DNA of 64,000 nt from Patescibacteria group bacterium (GTDB lineage: Bacteria; Patescibacteriota; Microgenomatia; UBA8517). The stretch covers positions 151,751 to 215,750 of the forward strand of contig JAHJHG010000009.1 of NCBI GenBank assembly GCA_018823885.1, written 5' to 3'. The position numbers and the translations under genes were made by a program. This document shows positions 1 to 9,237 of the stretch, piece by piece (within the stretch, counting starts at the first letter, position 1; every line of letters starts with the position of its first letter). The notes below the pieces were generated by a model that searched no databases, had not been told where the DNA came from, and saw only the letters and a program-made list of their open reading frames with translations.

Positions 1-1076
1 CCAGCCTGCGTAATGTTATTGAGAGAAGAGTAAACCTTTTTGGTGTTTCAGAACCTAATGTTCAGTCTTCTTCATTTGAAGATAAGGATAGGATAATAGT
101 TGAGCTTCCCGGAGTTAAAGATACGGAAGAAGCAGTGGGCATTATTGGTAAAACTGCCCAACTGGTATTTGCTGAGTTAAGTGATGAAGAAGGAGGGGGT
201 TTAATTCCTACGGAGTTAACTGGTGCGTTCTTAAAAGATGCAAGTGTTGTTTTTGATAGAAATGTCGGTAAGCCAGCTGTGTCAATTGAGTTCACTCAAG
301 AAGGCTCAGAACTGTTTGCAGAAATTACCGGAAGAAATGTTGGTAAGCCACTAGCAATAGTATTAGATAATATGCCGGTTTCGGCACCCATGGTTCAGGA
401 ACAAATAGTGGGTGGTTCGGCCCAGATTACTGGAGAGTTTACTCAAGAGCAGGCCAGAGATTTAGCCATTCAGCTTAATGCTGGAGCCCTTCCCCTTAAT
501 ATAGAACTTATTGAACAAAGGACTGTAGGAGCTACTTTGGGAGGAGAATCTGTTGAAAGGAGCATTAAGGCAGGACTTGTAGGCTTATTAATGGTTCTTA
601 TCTTTATGGTTCTAGCCTATGGGAAATTAGGCTTCTACGCTGATTTAGCCTTGGTTGTTTTTGGGGTTTTAACCCTAGCCTTATACAAGTTAATACCAAT
701 AGTACTCACCCTGCCTGGTATTGCTGGATTTTTACTTTCCGTGGGTATGGCCGTGGATTCAAATATTCTAATTTTTGAGAGGTTTAAGGAGGAAAAGAAG
801 AGGCGTGATTATGCCAACGCATTAGAGATTTCCTTTGGAAGAGCCTGGGATTCAATTAGGGATGCAAATATAGCCACCTTGGTCACGGCGTTTATCTTAG
901 CCAATCCCCTCGATCTCTCTTTTCTTCACACTTCGGGTCCAGTGAGAGGTTTTGCTATCACTCTGGCCTTGGGAATCGGTATCAGTTTGTTTACAGGTAT
1001 AGTTGTTACCAGAAACCTACTTAGGGTGTTTGTTAGGGAAGGAAGAGAGGAAAAGGGAAAGGAAGGTAAAAAATAA
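1..1076 (+). CDS. secD: Protein translocase subunit SecD (5' end lies outside the window; reading frame is open from base 3)
   Basis: Frame 3 translates from base 3 as SLRNVIERRVNLFGVSEPNVQ...GKTAQLVF, typical SecD periplasmic and TM regions. It is followed by secF with a taATGa overlap. Confidence 0.85.
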   Translation, partial: SLRNVIERRVNLFGVSEPNVQSSSFEDKDRIIVELPGVKDTEEAVGIIGKTAQLVFAELSDEEGGGLIPTELTGAFLKDASVVFDRNVGKPAVSIEFTQEGSELFAEITGRNVGKPLAIVLDNMPVSAPMVQEQIVGGSAQITGEFTQEQARDLAIQLNAGALPLNIELIEQRTVGATLGGESVERSIKAGLVGLLMVLIFMVLAYGKLGFYADLALVVFGVLTLALYKLIPIVLTLPGIAGFLLSVGMAVDSNILIFERFKEEKKRRDYANALEISFGRAWDSIRDANIATLVTAFILANPLDLSFLHTSGPVRGFAITLALGIGISLFTGIVVTRNLLRVFVREGREEKGKEGKK

Positions 1077-1981
1077 TGATTAATTGGTTGAAATACAAAA
1101 AAATATATTTCACTGTTTCCGCGATCTTAATTGCGGTTTCTATCTATTCTCTTGTCACTTGGGGCTTAAAGCTGGGAGTTGATTTTAGAGGCGGGACAAT
1201 CATTGAGTATAAATTTGCCAACCAATTTTCAACAGAAGAGGTTATTAAAGAGATAGAAGAGAAAGGATTAGAAGTTACTTCAGTTCAACAAACAGGCGAT
1301 GATACTTATTTGTTTAAATTGCCTCCGATTAATACTGAAGACAAGATAACTATTGAAGGGGTGCTCCTAAATGTTACCAATGCGGAAGAAGAAACGGATG
1401 TGGATGAATTAAGATTTGAGACAGTTGGCCCTTCTGTTGGTCCGGAACTTATTAAAAAAACAGTCTATGCCATTCTGATTGCGGCAGGAGCAATGCTTCT
1501 TTGGATTGCTTATCAGTTCAAGAGTTTTAAATTTGGAGTATCAGCCATTCTAGCCATGTTCCATGACAGCTTCATCTTAATTGGCTCTTTTGCCATCCTA
1601 GGCCATTTCATGTCTGCCGAGATTGATTTCCTTTTTGTTACTGCTCTTCTGACTACTCTTTCGTTCTCGGTTCATGACACGATTGTTGTTTTTGACAGAA
1701 TTAGGGAAATTAAGAAAACACAAGGGGGAGAGATGGTTGATGTTGCTAATAGAGCCTTAACGGAAACAATGGTCAGGAGTTTGAATAATTCCTTCACCAT
1801 TGCCTTCATGTTGATGGCCCTACTTCTTTTGGGTGGAACAACAGTTAAATGGTTTGCAGCGGCACTATTAATAGGAACAATACTAGGAACATATTCTTCT
1901 CCTTTTGTGGCTACACCCCTTCTTATCAGTTGGGATGGGGTTGGTGAAAGAATCAAGTCGATAAAAATAATGAGAAAGTAA
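1076..1981 (+). CDS. secF: Protein translocase subunit SecF
   Basis: 301 aa with the conserved GVDFRGGT motif and multiple TM segments. Directly downstream of secD. Confidence 0.85.
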   Translation: MINWLKYKKIYFTVSAILIAVSIYSLVTWGLKLGVDFRGGTIIEYKFANQFSTEEVIKEIEEKGLEVTSVQQTGDDTYLFKLPPINTEDKITIEGVLLNVTNAEEETDVDELRFETVGPSVGPELIKKTVYAILIAAGAMLLWIAYQFKSFKFGVSAILAMFHDSFILIGSFAILGHFMSAEIDFLFVTALLTTLSFSVHDTIVVFDRIREIKKTQGGEMVDVANRALTETMVRSLNNSFTIAFMLMALLLLGGTTVKWFAAALLIGTILGTYSSPFVATPLLISWDGVGERIKSIKIMRK

Positions 1982-2189
1982 GGGAAACAAGAAATTTCAG
2001 ATCACGACTACGCCGTGAACGTTGTCTTATAAGCGTTGGGAAAGGATTGCGTAGAACTAGCAAACGTTAAAAAAGATTGCTAATTCTCCCAAGCGATTGA
2101 GAAAGAAAAGAAGTCAAAAGAGTAAAAATTTAGTGGATATTGCGCAAGGACTTTAAATTTGACATTATTATATAGAGAAGTGATAATAC

Positions 2190-2468
2190 ATGACCGCCCA
2201 GTCTAAAATGACACTATCAAGGTTTAATGTTGTTTTTAACTTGCCCACTAGATATATAACCGTTAATAAAAAAATATCAGGCGGACAACCCCTTTTGAGA
2301 GGCACTAGAGTCCCAGTTGATTTAATATTCGACTTCATTGTTAAAGGATGGAGCATAGGAGAACTTCCTGCACATTTTCCTGGAATAGACACTTCTTTGG
2401 TTGAAAAACTTGTACGATATCGTTCCATCGAATCCTCACGAGATGAACTCAAAGAGAAAAGAAAATAA
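2190..2468 (+). CDS. DUF433-family small protein (putative antitoxin-like)
   Basis: 92 aa with the GGQPLLRGTRVPVDLIFDFIVKGWSIGELPAHFP core typical of DUF433. Overlaps the next gene. Confidence 0.6.
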   Translation: MTAQSKMTLSRFNVVFNLPTRYITVNKKISGGQPLLRGTRVPVDLIFDFIVKGWSIGELPAHFPGIDTSLVEKLVRYRSIESSRDELKEKRK

Positions 2469-2823
2469 AGGAACACTCGTTTGGGATGCAGGCGCATCAA
2501 GATTACTACAAGAAAGCGCACGAAATGCTGGATATAAGATAATAGCAGTTAATCCTCTTGATAAAACATCGGGTGATCGACTTATTGCTTCCAAATATGC
2601 ACAGGGTAGATTTCCCGTTGTAACTAGCGATAGGACTGCATGGAAAGAGATGCTTGTTGAGAAAGGAGCTACAGCCATTGTGTGTATCAAGAATCCCAGA
2701 AAAGAAGATTTTGGAATAATCAAAAAAAAGCTGGAATCATTTTTAAAGAAAAGCACAGCAAATAGTCTAAGGGGATATATTTGGACAGTTTCTGTAACCA
2801 AAGTTGATAAAAAGAAAATATAG
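2443..2823 (+). CDS. DUF5615-like PIN-like small protein (putative toxin partner of DUF433)
   Basis: LVWDAGASRLL...VVTSDRTAWKEM pattern resembles the DUF5615/Mut7-C-like LVDENL...TxDxDF pattern. Overlaps the DUF433 gene by 26 nt with an ATG at 2443. The ORF track begins earlier, at a TTG at 2401. Confidence 0.5.
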   Translation: MNSKRKENKGTLVWDAGASRLLQESARNAGYKIIAVNPLDKTSGDRLIASKYAQGRFPVVTSDRTAWKEMLVEKGATAIVCIKNPRKEDFGIIKKKLESFLKKSTANSLRGYIWTVSVTKVDKKKI

Positions 2824-2962
2824 TCTTTTGTACCCTATGTATTTTACCCAGCCTATGATATTACATAGCTTTCATGAGTGTTACTATCATAAAACGAAAA
2901 ATGGGTGTCGCCCTCTCGGGCGCTCGCCGACTGATTGACCACCAAACAACCGATTTAAGGGG

Positions 2963-3268
2963 GTGAGTAGGATGATTAAATTTAATTCAACACAAGAATT
3001 TACAAAAACCAATATAAAGAAATTGCCTACCAACAAAGCCATTATTTACAAAATAAAAGACAGCAAAGGCAAAAATATATATACTGGCATAGCTGGAAGA
3101 GGGGAAAGTCAAAATAGATTACTTGCTCACAAGGAATTAAAAAAGGATAAAATTCCAGGAGCGAGTAAATTTCAAATTAAACAGGTTAAAAATAAGGATA
3201 TTGCCAGAAGAAGTGAGAAACAAATAATCAAGAGCGAAAGACCTAAATTTAATAAACAAGATAAATAA
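2963..3268 (+). CDS. Small GIY-YIG-like domain protein
   Basis: AIIYKIKDSKGKNIYTGIAGRGESQNRLLAH matches the GIY...YIG...R pattern. Basic C-terminal tail. Confidence 0.45.
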   Translation: MSRMIKFNSTQEFTKTNIKKLPTNKAIIYKIKDSKGKNIYTGIAGRGESQNRLLAHKELKKDKIPGASKFQIKQVKNKDIARRSEKQIIKSERPKFNKQDK

Positions 3269-3386
3269 CCCAACACGAAAGCCATCTGCAAGTTATGGCG
3301 ATTGAATAAGATTATTAGTGTTATCTAAAAAAATAAAGAGTGGAGTGGAATTAATGAATAAGAAGAAATTAAAAAAATAGAAAAGT

Positions 3387-4072
3387 ATGGGAATAAATAT
3401 GTCAAAGAAATACTGGAAACCCAATACAATAATAAACAGAACCTTAGACGCAACTGGTATAAGGGATTGGAATTTTTTTTCTCAAAAAGCTTTTATAGAG
3501 GAAGAAAAGATGAAATATCTGATGTATTTCAACAAAGAGCACTGGAAACAATTAAGGAATTTGACTTAAAAAAGAATATTGGAAAGTTTTCCTCTTCAAG
3601 TTTTACCAACTTACTTCAAAAAAACGGAGTAAATAACAATATGGATCGACGGATGGTTTGTGAAACGATCCAGTTAGTAAAAGGTGATGCTAATAAAAAT
3701 ATTGTTTCCTACTCGATCAATAAGATAAAAAAGGGAGAGGTTGGTGAAATTTATGAAGAATTGTGCAACATATATGGAATCGCAGATAAAATCGCATGTT
3801 TCTTTTTGAGAGATGTTTCTATTACTTTTAATTTAGATAAAATGATCGACGAAGAAGATTATAAATATTTTCAACCGATTGATACTTGGGTCAATCAAAC
3901 ATCCAGCAAGTTGGGGATCATCGGCCCAGAGTACAATAATGTTCAGGAAATCAAATCCAAAATTATAAACTCATGTCTTAATAACAAAGTATCACCTTTA
4001 CTGTTTAATGCTGGAGCTTGGTATGTAGGAAAACACGCATTTGACATCTTTTTTGAAGAACCATTTAGGTAA
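3387..4072 (+). pseudogene. HhH-GPD-type DNA glycosylase-like protein, reading frame broken at a T8 homopolymer (3473-3480)
   Basis: Two overlapping ORFs, 3387-3569 and 3467-4072 (TTG start), join into one ~229-aa ORF if the T8 run is read as T9. The downstream part carries a helix-hairpin-helix-like IYGIADKIACFFL followed by PIDTWV, resembling the EndoIII-family GxGxKxA...VDTHV signature. Confidence 0.35.
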
Positions 4073-4121
4073 CCCCTATTTATACTGTTTCATTTGTCTC
4101 GTTTAGTTTTAATGTGAGACA

Positions 4122-4424
4122 ATGGTGTTAATGTTTTATACATATATCATACGCACGACGGGGAACACTTTGTACACAGGTCAAACAAATAACCTTAAGC
4201 GAAGAGTAGAGGAACACACAATCCACGGCAAGCGGGCTTCTAAGTATTTGAAATCATTTTTAGGTTGTAAGCTTGTTTACTATGAAATTTATCCTATCCG
4301 AAGCGAGGCAATGCGCCGAGAGGCTGAATTAAAGAATTGGTCTCATGATGAAAAGGAGGATCTTGTTAAACAGTGTCAATTTCCGCTGACAGAATTTAAT
4401 GTGGAACAAAAAGTTCCAATATAG
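4122..4424 (+). CDS. GIY-YIG nuclease superfamily protein (YhbQ/UPF0213-like)
   Basis: FYTYIIRTTGNTLYTGQTNNLKRRVEEH is a classic GIY-YIG N-terminus. Paralogous to 25716-25973. Confidence 0.7.
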   Translation: MVLMFYTYIIRTTGNTLYTGQTNNLKRRVEEHTIHGKRASKYLKSFLGCKLVYYEIYPIRSEAMRREAELKNWSHDEKEDLVKQCQFPLTEFNVEQKVPI

Positions 4425-4434
4425 TCCCAGATGG

Positions 4435-4544
4435 TCAGCCCAATTAGGCACCCTAGCGACCCAGGTGTCTAGAATAACCCGGAAGTTTTTGTTAAAACGC
4501 CAGTTAAAACCTCAAACATTCGTACCACATCCTCACTGTCCGGA
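4435..4544. repeat. Copy A of a ~108-bp direct repeat family (GGCACCCTAGCGACCCA...AAACATTCGTACCACA...CCGGA)
   Basis: Roughly 80% identical by eye to 20853-20960. Shares both ends with 19300-19408. Same orientation in all copies. Confidence 0.6.
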
Positions 4545-4586
4545 AATTTCTATTAAAAATGGTAAAATTGATCGAAACAATCAATA

Positions 4587-7556
4587 ATGATGGAAAATAC
4601 TGTTAAAAACTATATTCAGTCAATCTCCTCAAAATTCTCTTACGAGGAAACTAGCGAGATGGGGTATCGTACTGATTTTGAAATATTGCTTAAAGAAATT
4701 TTCAAATCAATCAAGGTTACTCGCTTTGATCATGATGCGAGAGCCAGACAGGGCAATAAACCGGATTTTGTTGTAGTTAACAATAGCGTGCCTATTTTGT
4801 ATATAGAAACGAAAGATATTGGAAAGTCTCTAGATAAAGTTGAGAAATCAGAACAAATGACCAGATATTTTGGGTATGCCAATCTTGTTCTCACAGATTA
4901 CACAGAGTTTCGTTTTTACAGAAACGGTATTAATTATGGTGAGCCAATAAAAATTGCGGATTATGATATAAAAGATCGAACAATCACTCCGAACCCGAAA
5001 AATTATGAATACCTAGCAAAAACCCTACTTGATTTTACTAAGTCCCACAAAGAACCAATCCGTTCGGGTAAGCACCTTTCAAGAATTATGGGTGGCAAAG
5101 CTCAGAGAATTCGTGATAACACACGCCACTTTTTCTCCAATGGGTCGAAAAAAGATACAGATCTTGTCAAATTGTTTGAAACCTTTAAAAAACTTCTCTT
5201 ACATGATCTGACACCAGACTCTTTCGCTGACATGTATGCACAGACTCTTGTATATGGTCTTTTTGTCGCGCGCTATCACGATAAAACACTTGGTAATTTT
5301 TCAAGACAAGAAGCTCGTGAGCTCATCCCAAATTCCAATCCTCTTTTGCGTCACTTTTTCGATCATATAGTTGGAGCAGATTTTGATAAACGACTTAAAT
5401 ACATTGTTGATGAGTTGTGTGAGGTATTCTCACATGCCGACGTAGCCAAACTCATGGAGGAATATTTCAAGGAAGATTCCCAAAATGGACAAAAAGGCCC
5501 AGATCCAGTTATCCATTTTTATGAGGATTTTTTAAAGAAGTATGATCCAGATTTAAGAAAAAAGATGGGAGCTTACTACACTCCACAACCTATTGTGCAA
5601 TTTATCGTTTGCTCAATCGACTATTTACTCAAAAAAGAATTCGGACTTTCAACTGGCCTTGCTGATACTTCAAAAACGACAGATAATATTCATCGCGTTC
5701 AGATTCTTGATCCGGCAGTGGGAACAGGAACATTTATCAGTGCAGTTATCAGAACAATTTATAAGAGACTATTAAAAAAAGGGCAAAAGGGACGATGGCC
5801 TGCATATGTCCACAATGACTTGCTTCCACGCCTGCACGGTTTTGAGATAATGATGGCTCCATATACAATAGCCCATTTAAAATTAGGTATTGATTTTAGA
5901 AAGACTGGATTTTGGGATTTCCATCGTCGTTTGGGTATTTATCTTACTAATTCACTAGAGGAAAGTAGTATCCAACAGCAAGATTTATTTGCATTTGGTT
6001 TGGCAGAAAGTATCGCTGAAGAATCAAAAGAGGCATCAGTCATTAAGAACAAAACTCCAATTATGGTTGTAATTGGCAATCCACCTTATAGTGTTAGTTC
6101 ATCAAATGTAAATGCATATACAAAGAAATTAATAGAAGTATATAAAAGAGGCTTAAATTTAAGAAATACACAACCGTTATCTGATGATTATATTAAGTTT
6201 ATAAGATTGGCTGAAGTTTTAATAAATAAAAATAAAAGTGGAATAGTTGCGTATATTTCAAACAGATCTTTCTTGGAGGGTATTATCCATAAATCAATGA
6301 GAGCGTCACTTCTTGGTTCGTTTGATGATATATACATTGTTGACTTAAACGGTGATGCGACAATCAATCAAACAAGAGATAATCCTGATAATGATCAAAA
6401 TGTTTTTGATATAAAACAAGGTGTAGCAATATCAATTTTTGTGAAAAAGGTAAATAGTGTTACAGAGAAAAAATTAAATTATTTTAGTGTTCGTGGCAGT
6501 CGATTATCAAAGTTTGATTTTTTAAGTAGCACAAAATTAAGTGATATTGATTTTTCTGAACTCCAACCAAATTCAGAATTCAATTTTTTTGTTGAAAAAG
6601 ACTTAACTAATGATGAGTACGTAAAATTTATTTCTCTAGACGAAATATTTAATGTCCATTCAAGTGCAATAGCAACATCTGATGATAACAACTTGGTATC
6701 GTTTACAAAAAGAGACGAATATAAAATCCCGTTTTCGTACAGACCCTTTGATCAGAGATATATCAATTATGATTTGAAGAAAGTAAAAGGTAATCGTTAT
6801 AATCGTTTGGTTAAATTTTTAATAAATGAAGAATTTAGTGAACTTTTTGAAAATATAAGTTTGGCTTGCTCAAAAAATATCACAACAGAAAGTTTCTCTA
6901 GTGTTTTAGCTAGTAAATCACTTATTGAAAGGAAGTTTTGTGATTATTCAAGAGGCCCACATGTTTTTCCTCTTTACATATACAATGGCAAGGAATCACG
7001 TATCTCAAATGTGAACAATAATTTTACTGCTAATGTATCTCGAATAGTTGGTGATGTATATCCTGAAGATATTTTTGATTATATTTATGCAGTTTTATAC
7101 TCACCCAGCTACCGTGAGGAATACAGGGAATTTTTGAAAATTGATTTTCCAAGAATTCCATATCCTAAGAATAAAGAAGGTTTTAAAAAACTTGTTTCGC
7201 TCGGAAACGAATTAAGAGCACTTCATTTACTGGAATCGTCGAAGTTGAATCAATTCATTACTACTTATTCTATTGATGGGTCTAATATTGTAGAAGAAAC
7301 AAATTACCAAAATGGGAATGTTCGTATCAATGAAAATCAATATTTTGGGAATGTTCCAGAAATAGCCTGGAATTTTCATATCGGCGGGTATCGACCAGCT
7401 CAAAAATGGCTAAAAGATCGCAAAGGTCGAAAATTAATCAATAAAGACCTTGAACATTATCAGAAAATAATTGTTGTTTTGGTAGAGACGGTAAAGATTA
7501 TGGAAGAGATAGATAAATTTTACAATTTGGTAATAAGTTCCTCAAAAAGCCAATGA
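4587..7556 (+). CDS. Type IIG restriction-modification enzyme (fused PD-(D/E)xK endonuclease, gamma-class N6-adenine methyltransferase and C-terminal specificity domain; MmeI/Eco57I-like)
   Basis: N-terminal PDFVVV...ILYIETKD (PD...ExK). GAYYTPQPIV (Eco57I-family MTase signature). DPAVGTGTF (motif I). NPPY (motif IV). A long C-terminal domain ends in the GGYRPAQKWLKDRKG box typical of this family. Confidence 0.75.
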   Translation: MMENTVKNYIQSISSKFSYEETSEMGYRTDFEILLKEIFKSIKVTRFDHDARARQGNKPDFVVVNNSVPILYIETKDIGKSLDKVEKSEQMTRYFGYANLVLTDYTEFRFYRNGINYGEPIKIADYDIKDRTITPNPKNYEYLAKTLLDFTKSHKEPIRSGKHLSRIMGGKAQRIRDNTRHFFSNGSKKDTDLVKLFETFKKLLLHDLTPDSFADMYAQTLVYGLFVARYHDKTLGNFSRQEARELIPNSNPLLRHFFDHIVGADFDKRLKYIVDELCEVFSHADVAKLMEEYFKEDSQNGQKGPDPVIHFYEDFLKKYDPDLRKKMGAYYTPQPIVQFIVCSIDYLLKKEFGLSTGLADTSKTTDNIHRVQILDPAVGTGTFISAVIRTIYKRLLKKGQKGRWPAYVHNDLLPRLHGFEIMMAPYTIAHLKLGIDFRKTGFWDFHRRLGIYLTNSLEESSIQQQDLFAFGLAESIAEESKEASVIKNKTPIMVVIGNPPYSVSSSNVNAYTKKLIEVYKRGLNLRNTQPLSDDYIKFIRLAEVLINKNKSGIVAYISNRSFLEGIIHKSMRASLLGSFDDIYIVDLNGDATINQTRDNPDNDQNVFDIKQGVAISIFVKKVNSVTEKKLNYFSVRGSRLSKFDFLSSTKLSDIDFSELQPNSEFNFFVEKDLTNDEYVKFISLDEIFNVHSSAIATSDDNNLVSFTKRDEYKIPFSYRPFDQRYINYDLKKVKGNRYNRLVKFLINEEFSELFENISLACSKNITTESFSSVLASKSLIERKFCDYSRGPHVFPLYIYNGKESRISNVNNNFTANVSRIVGDVYPEDIFDYIYAVLYSPSYREEYREFLKIDFPRIPYPKNKEGFKKLVSLGNELRALHLLESSKLNQFITTYSIDGSNIVEETNYQNGNVRINENQYFGNVPEIAWNFHIGGYRPAQKWLKDRKGRKLINKDLEHYQKIIVVLVETVKIMEEIDKFYNLVISSSKSQ

Positions 7557-7844
7557 GGTACCAAGGTTGACTGGAGGCTCTTTTAGCGGAATGGACCAGT
7601 TGTATTTTGCTCACAAAAACCTTCTGTTAAAGAAAGTTAGGCAGCGAGAAAATAGCAGAAATATGGAAATAACGACACAAGCTAAAGATGGCTATGAACA
7701 ACGTATTGGTTGGATAGAATTTAAAAACAAGGTAATGACAAAAGAGAAAATTCTATTGTACAACTGGTTGCTTTAACAAAGAGCTGGAACGATGGGGGAA
7801 GCAGGTGATCATTATTATGAAGGCACTTGGCAGATGGTTTGAAA

Positions 7845-9203
7845 TCATGAAACCTTTTGTTTAAGGTGGGCCAATAAAGCTTTTTTCTTGTTTGGAATTT
7901 TCTTTTCTTCAACTTCTTCAAAAAGTTGTTCTAATATTTCTCCTACTTTTGGTCCAGGTTTTAAGTTTAATTCCTTCATGACATCATTTCCTGATATTTT
8001 TAGATCATGAATGGTGAATGGTTGTTTTTGAACTTCAATTATTCTTTTTTTGAATTCTTCTAATCTCCACGAGGTTTCTCTGGCTCCACCACCCAGTCTG
8101 TCTCCTACTCTTAAATCAATCATGTCTTTAATGTTTTCTTTACCTACATTTTTAATAAATCTTCTTATTGCTTTGTCCGTTTGTTTTTCATCAACAGTGA
8201 ATTGATGCCACTGAACAAGAGTGATTAGCTTTTCTGATTGTTTTTTTGATAATTTCAATCTTTCAGCTATTCTTTTGGCAATCCTGGTACTGACAACCTC
8301 ATGGTTATAGAAAGTAATTGTTCCATTTTCTAGTTTTCTGTATGTTTGCGGCTTGCCAATATCATGAATTAAAGTAGCGAACCTAACGATAGGGTCAGTG
8401 CTTTTACAATGTTTTAGAGAAAGGAAACTATGCGTACCAACGTCATGAACGTGGTGTCTGCCCGGTGATTTTTGTTCTACGCCAAAAGTTTTTTCAAGTT
8501 CAGGAAGAATTTCTTCCAACAATCCAACTTCTCTAAAGATAATCATGCCTTCATATGGATTAGTAGAGGCAAGAATTTTAATTAATTCATCTTTTGCTCT
8601 TTCTTTGGCTATCTTGTTAATGAGTGGGGCATTTGTTTTTATTGCTTCGAGTGTTTCCTTTTCAATTTTAAAATTAAGTTCTGTGGCAATTCTCACTGCC
8701 CTCATCATACGCAGGGCATCTTCCGAGAATCTTTCTGAAGCTTCTCCCACGGCTCTAATGAGTTTCTTTTCTAGGTCTTTTTGACCATCGTAGGGATCAA
8801 TAAGTTCATACTCATCTTTCTTGCCCTTTTTTCTTTTAAGAGCCATGGCATTGATGGTGAAATCACGTCTTTTAAGGTCTTCTTCTAGTGTTTTTCCCCA
8901 AACGACCTTGTCTGGACGACGCTTGTCTGTATAGCCTGATTCGTGCCTAAAAGTGGTTATTTCATACGGATGGGGCGATGATTCATGACTAATACCGACA
9001 GTACCGAAGGTATTGTCATAGAAACCGTCTGGAAAAATCTTAAGAATCTCTTTTGGAGTAGCGTTGGTGGTGAAATCCCAGTCTTCAGCGCTCTTTTTCG
9101 TCAATAAATCACGCACGGCTCCTCCTACAAGATATATTTCAAATTCTGCTTTCTCGAATTTTTTTAGAATTTCTAATACGAATTTTGGTAGCTGGACATC
9201 CAC
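7845..9203 (-). CDS. cca: CCA-adding tRNA nucleotidyltransferase with HD domain
   Basis: LVGGAVRDLL, a DxD nucleotidyltransferase core, RRDFTINAMA and a C-terminal HD domain (HDIGK). The ORF track extends to 9476, but that 90-aa hydrophobic extension overlaps recJ on the other strand. An in-frame GTG at 9203, 9 nt after a TATAAT box, is the more likely start. Confidence 0.7.
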   Translation of the reverse strand: MDVQLPKFVLEILKKFEKAEFEIYLVGGAVRDLLTKKSAEDWDFTTNATPKEILKIFPDGFYDNTFGTVGISHESSPHPYEITTFRHESGYTDKRRPDKVVWGKTLEEDLKRRDFTINAMALKRKKGKKDEYELIDPYDGQKDLEKKLIRAVGEASERFSEDALRMMRAVRIATELNFKIEKETLEAIKTNAPLINKIAKERAKDELIKILASTNPYEGMIIFREVGLLEEILPELEKTFGVEQKSPGRHHVHDVGTHSFLSLKHCKSTDPIVRFATLIHDIGKPQTYRKLENGTITFYNHEVVSTRIAKRIAERLKLSKKQSEKLITLVQWHQFTVDEKQTDKAIRRFIKNVGKENIKDMIDLRVGDRLGGGARETSWRLEEFKKRIIEVQKQPFTIHDLKISGNDVMKELNLKPGPKVGEILEQLFEEVEEKKIPNKKKALLAHLKQKVS

Positions 9204-9237
9204 TGCGCTACTATTATACTTCAAGAAAGGAGAACCA

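Noticed and set aside
62-295. Antisense and shadow ORFs of 60-130 aa overlapping well-supported genes, for example 62-295(-), 1672-1956(-), 8545-8784(+), 11144-11439(-), 13227-13937(-), 28860-29243(-), 36104-36295(-), 46274-46774(-) and 50637-50850(-)
   Set aside because: Each lies inside, and antisense or out of frame to, a gene with strong family-level motifs. Their translations are low-complexity with no motifs. They are typical shadow ORFs of an AT-rich genome.
2824-2962. GC-rich hairpin CGCCC-TCTC-GGGCG (about 2908-2921) as a terminator
   Set aside because: It is a 5-bp stem with no following T-run. It may be a minor structural element, but there is not enough evidence to call a terminator.
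7567-7776. 69-aa plus-strand ORF in the convergent gap between the RM gene and cca
   Set aside because: No SD and no motif. It overlaps the probable terminator region of two convergent genes. Insufficient support.
9064-9237. N-terminal extension of recJ (ORF track starts at 9064)
   Set aside because: The extension runs through the divergent cca start region and has no RecJ similarity. An ATG at 9238 with an AGGAGAA SD gives the conserved RecJ N-terminus.
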